DNA from: a virus
Virus genome (UHGV): UHGV-0088497
DNA length: 27,542 nt
Direction: 5' to 3' (one strand)
A program made the translations under genes and the position numbers. Positions 1 through 6,968 of this stretch are shown here, piece by piece (position 1 is the first letter of the stretch; each line of letters opens with the position of its first letter). The notes under the pieces were generated by a model. That model had not been told where the DNA came from. It ran no database searches and saw only the letters and a list, made by a program, of their open reading frames with translations.

Positions 1-33
1 AGGAAAACATGGTCAGGCAAAAGTGTAGCGGTA

Positions 34-255
34 TTAGGCGCAGCTATTTAGCACCTCATCAATCACATTCAACATATCAGCGAGAATGTAAGCTCTGTTC
101 CCGCCGTTAGAGTACTGGGTATCATGCTGCAGGTGTTCACGTATCTGGTGCAGGCGATCGACTGATACAGGACCGTTCGCCGGGTGGTTAGTTGTCATTG
201 AGCCTTTATTCATTACTGTTGTCCTCGCAGCAGTAGTGGCGTCCTTCTGGGTCAT
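34..255 (-). CDS. hypothetical phage early-region protein (73 aa)
   Basis: ORF in track; last gene of a same-strand chain of overlapping ORFs. Start uncertain: in-frame ATG at 213 (GAGG about 9 nt upstream, ATGAATAA overlap with upstream stop) or ATG at 198 are alternatives to 255. No recognisable motif. Confidence 0.4.
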   Translation of the reverse strand: MTQKDATTAARTTVMNKGSMTTNHPANGPVSVDRLHQIREHLQHDTQYSNGGNRAYILADMLNVIDEVLNSCA

Positions 256-475
256 CGGTTACAAATCCACACTCGCTACAGGTAAATTCATCTGGGGGAG
301 ATAAATCATCCTGACGGTTGTTATTACAAAAAGGATTACCATCACCGCCAGGCCACTCTTCAAGTTCGTCTTCACGCTGACAGTTCCGGCATAGGTCATT
401 GCCAGCCCACATATCCTCTTTGCATCGAGGGCAACGGTCTAAATCTTCATCTTTCACTGGCATCCCTCCTGGCAA
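206..475 (-). CDS. Cys-rich putative zinc-binding phage protein (CPRC...CRNC...CSEC)
   Basis: ORF in track with paired CxxC motifs. Codon at 475 is TTG; more likely starts are ATG at 463 or GTG at 457 (AGGAGG 7 nt upstream of the GTG). Confidence 0.5.
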   Translation of the reverse strand: MPGGMPVKDEDLDRCPRCKEDMWAGNDLCRNCQREDELEEWPGGDGNPFCNNNRQDDLSPPDEFTCSECGFVTDDPEGRHYCCEDNSNE

Positions 476-570
476 TCGTGGTTTTCTGGCTCATCGGCTT
501 TGTAATACCCGCCACAAACAGGGCAGATAACTAGCGGCGTCTCATCGTAATTTGAAGTTCCAGTAATCAT
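454..570 (-). CDS. small zinc-ribbon-like protein (38 aa, CPVC...C...GC), translationally coupled
   Basis: Hand translation of minus strand: MITGTSNYDETPLVICPVCGGYYKADEPENHDCQEGCQ. Its ATG (568-570) overlaps the TGA (567-569) of the upstream gene. Below the ORF-track length cutoff. Confidence 0.35.
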   Translation of the reverse strand: MITGTSNYDETPLVICPVCGGYYKADEPENHDCQEGCQ

Positions 571-821
571 TGTGCTGCTCCCTGTCTGGCTCTATTCAAT
601 AGCTGGTTAAACATCATGGTTAGGCTGTTACTGCACCCAAACGGCATATCGTTAACACGGTATGTTGGAATGCCCTTGCGAACACCTGACTTCACGATCC
701 GGCCTGTGCCATAGAGTTGCGATAATGCGCCAGCGACCGCGGGTGTCTTTTTGTTCATACCTTTGGCGATTTCACCGCTGGTGGTATTCGGATGAGCCTG
801 GAGATATTCAAATACGGTCAT
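567..821 (-). CDS. small winged-helix-like DNA-binding protein (84 aa)
   Basis: ORF in track; helix-turn-helix-like segment TSGEIAKGMNKKTPAVAGALSQL; basic C-terminus; ATGA overlap with the next gene. Confidence 0.5.
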   Translation of the reverse strand: MTVFEYLQAHPNTTSGEIAKGMNKKTPAVAGALSQLYGTGRIVKSGVRKGIPTYRVNDMPFGCSNSLTMMFNQLLNRARQGAAQ

Positions 822-994
822 GGCGTTTTACCTTTACGTTCCTGTTCCAGTTGCACCAGAGACTCTTTTAATGCTGCGAACGTAGCTTCCAGTCTGGTGG
901 CGACTTCGCGCATAAGCGGTGCATGCTTTGGTGGCAATTCAGCAACGGAGGCAAAAGCCTCAGCTACGAGTTCTTTTACCTTCATGCGGCGCAT
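818..994 (-). CDS. small hypothetical protein (58 aa), translationally coupled
   Basis: Hand translation: MRRMKVKELVAEAFASVAELPPKHAPLMREVATRLEATFAALKESLVQLEQERKGKTP. Sits between the stop of 982-1548 and the start of 567-821, with its TGA overlapping the ATG at 821. Confidence 0.35.
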   Translation of the reverse strand: MRRMKVKELVAEAFASVAELPPKHAPLMREVATRLEATFAALKESLVQLEQERKGKTP

Positions 995-1548
995 TGGCGC
1001 AGCTCCACCAGTTCGTTAAAGCGATTCATGAACAGGCCATAGGCTTGACCAGGGCGGAGAGGGATTACCTGAACGAGATCAGAGCAGGGAATACCTTCGA
1101 GAATTTCCCACTTCGAACCATCATCGATTTCCATATCACGGCGCTCGGTGGCTAACATGGTTAGATCGGCATATTTCACGACAGCAGCTTGTTCAAGTGA
1201 GATACCGAATTTAAAGCGGATAAGACCATCAACATAAGTTTCCATGCGCTGATAGTCAGGCAGCAAGGCTTTGAGCGGGGCTGGAATATCCTGGCAATAT
1301 GCCTCCGCAGCGTCGTGCATCAGCGCTTCAAAGGCGAACTCTGGCGGCACAATCTGGCTTACAAGCACAGAGTGCTGGGCCACACTGTAGAACTCTGGCA
1401 GATGCCCAGCGAATCGACAGATGTTGGAAAGCGCCGTCGCGATATCCTCAACATCGATATCGTCGATTGTGGCGGTCAGGTAGTTAAATTTTTTACCGCA
1501 TAATGTCTGAATGTAGCTCATGGTTTTCTCCATATTGGCGCGCTGCAC
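982..1548 (-). CDS. HD-domain phosphohydrolase (YfbR-like 5'-deoxynucleotidase fold)
   Basis: 188-aa ORF with HD-type metal-binding pattern (H...HD...D: AQHSVLVS, MHDAAEAY). Recognised from family memory, not searched. Confidence 0.6.
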   Translation of the reverse strand: MQRANMEKTMSYIQTLCGKKFNYLTATIDDIDVEDIATALSNICRFAGHLPEFYSVAQHSVLVSQIVPPEFAFEALMHDAAEAYCQDIPAPLKALLPDYQRMETYVDGLIRFKFGISLEQAAVVKYADLTMLATERRDMEIDDGSKWEILEGIPCSDLVQVIPLRPGQAYGLFMNRFNELVELRQCAA

Positions 1549-1675
1549 CGCGCAGATTTTGTTTGCACGAATCCCTCGCCAAAAGGCGAATAAAAGTTTG
1601 GGTTTCGTTTCAGTAAATGCCCCATCTATAGGTATTTAGCGCAACGGGTTGCTCCATCGTTATTATGCTGTTGTG

Positions 1676-1714
1676 TTAAATAGCTACCAAGATAGGTAGT
1701 GAGTAGCTATTTAA
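1676..1714. promoter_or_regulatory. perfect 12-bp inverted repeat TTAAATAGCTAC / GTAGCTATTTAA with 15-bp spacer (inner CTACC...GGTAG repeat) in divergent intergenic region
   Basis: Read directly at 1676-1687 and 1703-1714, between divergently oriented genes (1548 minus, 1774 plus). Likely a dimeric regulator site or hairpin. Confidence 0.4.
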
Positions 1715-1773
1715 CTACAGCAATGATTAGAGTAATCTGGATATCCTAATGTCTTTATTTTTAAGGTTTTTTT

Positions 1774-2259
1774 GTGGCTAGTGAAAAAAAATTAAAAATT
1801 CCATTCGATACCAACAAAAACTATTACAGTGGAATTCGTGGTGTTTTGAGCGGTATTGTTTGCTCTATGATCGGTGTTTATATTACCGGGCTATTTAGCG
1901 GAGCTATTAGTGTTGCTCAGATTTTTGAAATGCCAATAGTTATCATCAGTGCTTGGGTCGCTTTGTGTGCTTCTTTGTGGGCGATATCATATAAATTTGA
2001 AGATAGGGTTATATGCACATTTGGTCGTAATTGGGATTGTCCTAGAACAGCGAACTTTTTTTTATTTTTGCTTTACATAATGATAGGTGTCTTTTGTTCA
2101 CTTATATTCGAGGCCTTTCTGAAGGGGGGGGCCTCCCGCTCCTTATATGTTTCAATGGCGGGCTTTTTAGTTTTCTTACGACTTTTTTGTTTCTTCAGCA
2201 TTAAGAACTATGCTCAAATACAAAGCAAATCTGTTGATGAAACTAACCATGAAAAGTAA
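1774..2259 (+). CDS. AT-rich polytopic membrane protein (about 4 predicted TM helices), accessory gene beside the immunity region
   Basis: 161-aa ORF with GTG start at 1774 preceded by AAGG (1763-1766); four hydrophobic stretches; sequence visibly more AT-rich than flanking phage genes; contains a G8 tract (2124-2131) and a T8 tract (2056-2063). Confidence 0.6.
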   Translation: MASEKKLKIPFDTNKNYYSGIRGVLSGIVCSMIGVYITGLFSGAISVAQIFEMPIVIISAWVALCASLWAISYKFEDRVICTFGRNWDCPRTANFFLFLLYIMIGVFCSLIFEAFLKGGASRSLYVSMAGFLVFLRLFCFFSIKNYAQIQSKSVDETNHEK

Positions 2260-2291
2260 CCTGTATTAATAGGGTATCCAGATTGTTAAAG

Positions 2292-2318
2292 AGCGAAGCG
2301 TCCGATGGGCGCTTTTTT
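2292..2318 (+). terminator. putative intrinsic terminator (imperfect stem followed by T6)
   Basis: GAGCGAAGCGTCCGATGGGCGCTTTTTT shortly after the stop of 1774-2259; stem is imperfect. Confidence 0.3.
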
Positions 2319-2403
2319 GTTGCCTGCGAATCATCCGGTTATTCATATGCCACCGGCGGCTACTTCGTGGGCGTCCTGCCTGTTCGCTGTTGATGAATGA
2401 AAT

Positions 2404-2460
2404 CTAACTTAACTTAGCTTTGAGATCAAGAAAAAACACCAAACCATTCTTAGCTTGATG
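2404..2460. promoter_or_regulatory. OL-like operator repeats (CTAACTTAACTTAG; CTTAGCTT motif twice)
   Basis: CTAAC-N4-CTTAG at 2404-2417 and CTTAGCTT at 2413-2420 and 2449-2456 share the half-site seen in the cI/cro intergenic operators (3136-3203). Confidence 0.4.
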
Positions 2461-2483
2461 TTAAGAGGAAGGTTAGAGGTGGG

Positions 2484-3110
2484 TTAAAGTTCGTACTGAA
2501 CGCCTTTGACAACTCCGATAATCAGGCAATTACCGTTTATTGAAATGTTTGGATAGCGTGGATTCAAGGGAACTAAGAACTTTTGAGGCCCATCGATGAC
2601 GAGTTTTTTTACAGTAGCCTCGCTTGTCCCATCAAGCCTGGCTACGACTATCTTTCCATTAAATGGCTCTGCATCAGGATCTACTATGACCGTTGCCCCT
2701 TCTGGGATTGTGGGGAGCCCATTAGGGTTTGTCATCGAATCACCTTTGACCTCCAATGCAAAGGAGCTATCACCTATCCTGAGTGATGTTTCTACCCACT
2801 TATCTACTTCACTGAAAACTTCTGCTGCTTTACATTCTGTAAACTGTCCAGCCTGAACCCAAGATATCACCGGAATCCTTCGCATCTTGGTTATCAGATT
2901 CCCTTCGAATTCAGTGCCATAAAGTATGTAATCAATTGATGTGTTGAAATACTTTGCAAGTTTCGCAAGTGACTCACCGCCTGGCACATTAATGTCTTTT
3001 TCCCAATACCCAACCGCCACATCGCTAACACCACAGAACTTACCCAGTTCTTTCTGCGAGGTTTTAGTTATGCGCCTGAGAGCTTTGATGCGCTGACCGA
3101 CAGTTTCCAT
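2484..3110 (-). CDS. cI: CI-like prophage repressor (N-terminal HTH_XRE, C-terminal S24/LexA-like autopeptidase)
   Basis: HTH segment QKELGKFCGVSDVAVGYWE; S24 hallmark GDSM (Ser) with downstream Lys (KKLV). ATG at 3110 gives METVGQRIKAL; the ORF-track start at 3143 is TTG and unlikely. Divergent from the cro-like gene. Confidence 0.85.
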   Translation of the reverse strand: METVGQRIKALRRITKTSQKELGKFCGVSDVAVGYWEKDINVPGGESLAKLAKYFNTSIDYILYGTEFEGNLITKMRRIPVISWVQAGQFTECKAAEVFSEVDKWVETSLRIGDSSFALEVKGDSMTNPNGLPTIPEGATVIVDPDAEPFNGKIVVARLDGTSEATVKKLVIDGPQKFLVPLNPRYPNISINGNCLIIGVVKGVQYEL

Positions 3111-3133
3111 TTGAACACCATAAAAAATTAAAA

Positions 3134-3205
3134 GGCTAAGCAATCTTAGTTTTTATTGACCAAAGTTAGATTGGTTATTAATATCTAATCAAACTTAGCT
3201 AAGGG
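3134..3205. promoter_or_regulatory. OR-like operator/promoter region between divergent cI and cro (PR candidate -35 TTGACC 3156-3161, -10 TAATAT 3179-3184)
   Basis: Palindromic sites CTAAGCAATCTTAG (3136-3149), CTAATCAAACTTAG (3185-3198) and CTTAGCTAAG (3194-3203); sigma70-like hexamers with 17-bp spacing for the rightward promoter. Confidence 0.6.
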
Positions 3206-3211
3206 GGCATT

Positions 3212-3439
3212 ATGACAACCGATGATATTGAAAACTACTTCGGCAGTACTGAGAAAGTTGCCGAGTTTTTTGGAATCACAAGCGAGGCCGTTTACCAGTG
3301 GCGTAATAGAACTGGTCGCCTAATCCCGAAAGGACGTGCAGCAGAAGCAGCCTATCGGACTGGGGGAAAATTGGTTTTCCATCCCGACCTTTACGAAAAG
3401 CGTAGCGATGCTTCAGTAAAACTCAAACCACAGGAATAA
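3212..3439 (+). CDS. cro: Cro-like small DNA-binding regulator
   Basis: 75-aa ORF divergent from cI, SD AGGGGG upstream of ATG 3212, HTH-like segment FGITSEAVYQWRNRTG; position-typical. Confidence 0.65.
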   Translation: MTTDDIENYFGSTEKVAEFFGITSEAVYQWRNRTGRLIPKGRAAEAAYRTGGKLVFHPDLYEKRSDASVKLKPQE

Positions 3440-3449
3440 GGGGGGAGCT

Positions 3450-4001
3450 GTGGGTAACGAACCTATTTGGAAAGTCGAACGTCAGCCAGCCTGGCTGGTG
3501 GCGGCGATAAAAAAAACGATCACCGATCTTCCTGGTGGTTATGCCGAGGCGGCGGAATGGTTGGGCGTGACAGAGAACGCATTGTTCAACCGCCTTCGTG
3601 TTGACGGCGACCAAATCTTCCCGCTGGGCTGGGCAATGGTTTTACAACGTGCTGGTGGTTCAACTCATATTGCTGATGCCGTTGCGCGCCATTCTCAGGG
3701 CGTATTTGTACCGCTGGCAGATGTCGATGATCTGGATAACGCCGATATCAACCAGCGCCTGATGGAGTCCATCGAATGGATAGGCCGTCATTCGAATTTT
3801 GTACGTAAAGCCACGGCTGATGGGGTAATTGACGCAGATGAGCGTGCTCAGATTGAGGAAAACAGCTATCAGGTTATCGCGAAGTTCCAGGAGCACGTAA
3901 CGCTTCTTTATCGAGTTTTTTGTGTCGCTGAAAAGAGTGACGCCCGCGAGTGTGCAGCTCCGGGCGCCTTGGCGAACAACTCTTCGAGTATGGAGAAATA
4001 A
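3450..4001 (+). CDS. CII-like (CP76-type) lysogeny-establishment regulatory protein
   Basis: 183-aa ORF immediately after cro, GTG start with AAGGGGGGAG upstream. Family call from memory of ~180-aa phage regulatory protein CII (CP76) proteins; not verified. Confidence 0.5.
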   Translation: MGNEPIWKVERQPAWLVAAIKKTITDLPGGYAEAAEWLGVTENALFNRLRVDGDQIFPLGWAMVLQRAGGSTHIADAVARHSQGVFVPLADVDDLDNADINQRLMESIEWIGRHSNFVRKATADGVIDADERAQIEENSYQVIAKFQEHVTLLYRVFCVAEKSDARECAAPGALANNSSSMEK

Positions 4002-4149
4002 TCCGCATGAGCAGTTTAACGGCTTTTAACCGTCTACCGCAACTCAGGATAATCCCGGTTTCGGGTACTCCGTTGTTTCGGTATGAACGCAGATTATCAA
4101 CCCGCTGGGTTCCGTGTAACCACAGTAGGGCGGTTTCAATTGTGGGGGT

Positions 4150-4344
4150 CTACAACCGGAGGGCAAAACGCCTGTGCGCGAACTTAACCGAAGGTTCAAA
4201 GACCACCGTGGAGTGCCAGTCCGTGTTATCCGCTGGGAGCCAGAAACACAGCGCGTTATCTATCTGCGTGATGGCTACCCGCACGAATGCTTCAGCCCAC
4301 TTGAGCATTTCAGGCAAAAATTCAGGGAGATAACGGACGATCAT
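4150..4344 (-). CDS. hypothetical small protein (about 65 aa) antisense in the cII-like to replication-gene gap
   Basis: Minus-strand ORF with more typical codon choice than the competing plus-strand ORF 3950-4333, which is rich in AGG/AGA/CGG/CTA codons. Weak call; the region may be non-coding. Confidence 0.2.
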   Translation of the reverse strand: MIVRYLPEFLPEMLKWAEAFVRVAITQIDNALCFWLPADNTDWHSTVVFEPSVKFAHRRFALRL

Positions 4345-5209
4345 GAGCACTAAATTAACCGGCTACGTATGGGATGGTTGCGCGGCGTCGGGCATGAAGT
4401 TGTCTAGTGTCGCGATCATGGCTCGACTCGCTGATTTCAGCAGTGATGAGGGCGTATGCTGGCCGTCAATTGAAACTATTGCTCGCCAGCTTGGCGCAGG
4501 CCCGAGCACTATCAGAACGGCAATCGCAAAGCTTGAAAAAGATGGCTGGCTCACGCGTACACAGCGCCGTAATGGTAACCGTAATGCTTCGAACGTGTAC
4601 CGCCTGAATGTGGCGAAACTTCAGGCTGCCGCATTTTCTCAACTGTCAGATTCTGACACATCAAAATCTGACGCATCAAAATTTGACACCTCAAAAACTG
4701 ACCCGTCGAAATCCGGCAAAAACGGCGGTTTTGACCCGTCAGAATCTGGCGGGGATCCGTCAGTAAAATCAAAACAAGATCCACAAGTAACTTTAAAACC
4801 CTCTTGTCCGGTTGCGGCGCAACCCGACCCTGAGGTTGTGATTACTGATCAGGCCAGACAGGTTTTGTCTTACCTGAACCAGACAACTGGTTCACGCTAC
4901 CAGGTATGCAGCACGTCGCTGGAGAACATTCGCGCCCGTCTGCGGGAACAGTTCACTGTTGATGATCTGTGCCTTGTGGTGGATTACAAAAACGCTGATT
5001 GGCGTGATAGCGAGCAGGCTCAATACCTCCGCCCGGCAACTCTGTTTATTCCAAAAAACTTCCCCGGTTACCTGCAAAGCGCGACCAAATGGTCTGCCGC
5101 TGGGCGACCTGAACGCGTTAACGGTAAATGGGCGACTAACTCAGCCAGCCGCGCAAACTTCCAAAATGTTGACTATTCACTGCCAGAAAATTCGGGGTTC
5201 CGCTCTTGA
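4343..5209 (+). CDS. replication initiation protein (N-terminal wHTH, conserved phage C-terminal domain; functional analogue of lambda O)
   Basis: 288-aa ORF after the cII-like gene; N-terminal HTH (PSIETIARQLGAGPSTIRTAIAKLEKDGWL); internal iteron repeats within the linker coding sequence, as in lambda O. Confidence 0.75.
   Translation: MSTKLTGYVWDGCAASGMKLSSVAIMARLADFSSDEGVCWPSIETIARQLGAGPSTIRTAIAKLEKDGWLTRTQRRNGNRNASNVYRLNVAKLQAAAFSQLSDSDTSKSDASKFDTSKTDPSKSGKNGGFDPSESGGDPSVKSKQDPQVTLKPSCPVAAQPDPEVVITDQARQVLSYLNQTTGSRYQVCSTSLENIRARLREQFTVDDLCLVVDYKNADWRDSEQAQYLRPATLFIPKNFPGYLQSATKWSAAGRPERVNGKWATNSASRANFQNVDYSLPENSGFRS
4643..4775 (+). repeat. iteron array (ori-like): about six degenerate copies of CTGACNCATCAAAAT at ~15-bp period, followed by an AT-rich stretch
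   Basis: Read directly: ctgacacatcaaaat / ctgacgcatcaaaat / ttgacacctcaaaaa / ctgacccgtcgaaat / ttgacccgtcagaat / ccgtcagtaaaatcaaaa; encodes the repetitive SDSDTSKSDASKFDTSKTDPSKS peptide. Confidence 0.6.
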
Positions 5210-6525
5210 TGCCAAATAAATATTGCCAGGCGCTGGCAGAACTGCGCAGTAAACCAGCTCACGAATTGAAAGAAGTTGGAGATCAGTGGAGGACACCTGA
5301 TCTGCTTTTCTGGGGGATCAACGCGTTATTTGGCCCATTAGTTCTGGACTTGTTTGCTGACGACGACAACGCGAAATGCCCGGCATGGTACACCGCCGAA
5401 GATAACGCGCTGACCCAGGACTGGTCTGAACGTCTGGCAAAACTGGGTGGTGCAGGTTATGGCAACCCACCGTATAGCCGTTCGCAGTACCACGAGAAAC
5501 AGGCGATCACTGGTATGACGCACATCATGAAGTACGCAGCAGCCCAGCGCGAGAAGGGCGGTCGCTATGTATTCCTGATAAAAGCCGCGCCAAGTGAAAC
5601 GTGGTGGCCGGAAGATGCCGATCACATTGTATTCATTCGCGGGCGCATTGGGTTCGATCTGCCTGTGTGGTTTGTACCTGCTGACGAAAAACAGAAGCCC
5701 ACCAGCGCGTTTTTTGCCGGTGCCATAGCTGTATTCGATAAGTCATGGCGTGGTGAGCGGTTCAGCTATATCAACCGTACCGAACTGGAGGCAAAAGGGC
5801 GGGCGTTTATGACTTTGGCGCAATTTGCTGCCAGCAAGTCTCAACCTGCAACTGCCACACCATCTGTAGCTGACAAGCCAGAAGCAGAGTTGCCACTTAC
5901 CCAGAAAGATATTTTTGATATCAGCGGTGTCGAGGCGTGGGCATGCGTTAGAGCTGCGTTCGGCGATAAAGAAGAATACACATTTAGTGAATCGAAGTTT
6001 GGGCATACCTGGGCGGCGGATTCTGTCGAAGCACCGGAATTCACTCAGGTATCACCATTAACGATCGACAAAGCGAAGCTGCTTATTCGTGAGAGTATTT
6101 TGTTCGGTGTGGATGAGTGGCTGTTGTCGATTGAATTCGATGACGCTGCTGCGCGCCTGGATATGTCGGAACGTATTCGTACTGTTGCCCTTGAAGCATC
6201 TGGTGAATATGGCATGAACAGTACTGATTTCATTGCAGCTATGGGAAGCCTGGATGTTTCCAGTTGGTCCAATATTCGCCAGATCCGCATGCACATCCGT
6301 GAGAAAACTAAACCAGTATCGGATCCGCTTCCCGAGTCCCGTATCTGGCCGCTGGAGGTTGGAATTGTATTCGACCAGGTAGACGGCGCTGACATGCTGG
6401 ATGAATCACAGCAGAACAAGCTGAAAGCCAACATCAATCAACTCTGGCTGGAACGAACGGCCACCAGCGAAATCATTACTGCTGCTTCTGAACTTGTTCG
6501 CAATATGCGGGGAGAGGCCGCGTGA
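5209..6525 (+). CDS. phage Dam-family N6-adenine DNA methyltransferase (NPPY motif) with a ~250-aa C-terminal extension of unknown function
   Basis: GNPPY catalytic motif in the N-terminal ~190 aa; ATG at 5209 overlaps the upstream TGA; the C-terminal region has no motif I recognise. Confidence 0.7.
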   Translation: MPNKYCQALAELRSKPAHELKEVGDQWRTPDLLFWGINALFGPLVLDLFADDDNAKCPAWYTAEDNALTQDWSERLAKLGGAGYGNPPYSRSQYHEKQAITGMTHIMKYAAAQREKGGRYVFLIKAAPSETWWPEDADHIVFIRGRIGFDLPVWFVPADEKQKPTSAFFAGAIAVFDKSWRGERFSYINRTELEAKGRAFMTLAQFAASKSQPATATPSVADKPEAELPLTQKDIFDISGVEAWACVRAAFGDKEEYTFSESKFGHTWAADSVEAPEFTQVSPLTIDKAKLLIRESILFGVDEWLLSIEFDDAAARLDMSERIRTVALEASGEYGMNSTDFIAAMGSLDVSSWSNIRQIRMHIREKTKPVSDPLPESRIWPLEVGIVFDQVDGADMLDESQQNKLKANINQLWLERTATSEIITAASELVRNMRGEAA

Positions 6526-6968
6526 AACTGATCCTGCCTTTTCCTCCGAGCGTGAACACTTACTGGCGCGCCCCTAACAAGGGGCCGCTGGCCGGTCGTC
6601 ACCTCATTAGCGCTGATGGCCGTAAATACCAGAGCACTGCCTGCGTGGCGATCATTGAGCAATTACGACGTCTCCCGAAGCCATCGACCGAATTGGCAGC
6701 GGTAGAAATCACTCTGTACCCGCCGGATGCGCGCCGCAGGGATATCGATAATTACAACAAAGCCCTGTTTGACGCGCTGACGCATGCGGGTGTCTGGGAA
6801 GATGACAGCCAGATTAAGCGCATGCTGGTGGAATGGGGACCCGTTGTGCCGAAAGGTCGGGTAGAGATAACGATCAGCAGATATGAACCGGCGGGTGCAG
6901 CCGCCTTATATGGAGAAAAGTATGAGCCAGTTAATCGTGAATGGTGTAGTAACAATGTCCAGCCGTGA
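6522..6968 (+). CDS. rusA: RusA Holliday junction resolvase
   Basis: 148-aa ORF with RusA-like N-terminus (ILPFPPSVNTYW) and acidic residues (DIDNYNK, DALTHAG...DD); GTG start overlapping the upstream stop. Confidence 0.85.
   Translation: MKLILPFPPSVNTYWRAPNKGPLAGRHLISADGRKYQSTACVAIIEQLRRLPKPSTELAAVEITLYPPDARRRDIDNYNKALFDALTHAGVWEDDSQIKRMLVEWGPVVPKGRVEITISRYEPAGAAALYGEKYEPVNREWCSNNVQP

Noticed and set aside
2583-2856. Plus-strand ORFs antisense to the cI repressor gene (2583-2786, 2596-2856).
   Set aside because: Entirely inside the CI-like gene, which has clear HTH and S24 motifs; no RBS; shadow ORFs.
3950-4333. Plus-strand ORF spanning the cII-like to replication-gene gap (possible 108-aa basic protein from ATG 4007).
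   Set aside because: Heavy use of rare AGG/AGA/CGG/CTA codons and low-complexity Ser/Arg-rich sequence; more likely non-coding. Kept only as part of an ambiguity finding.
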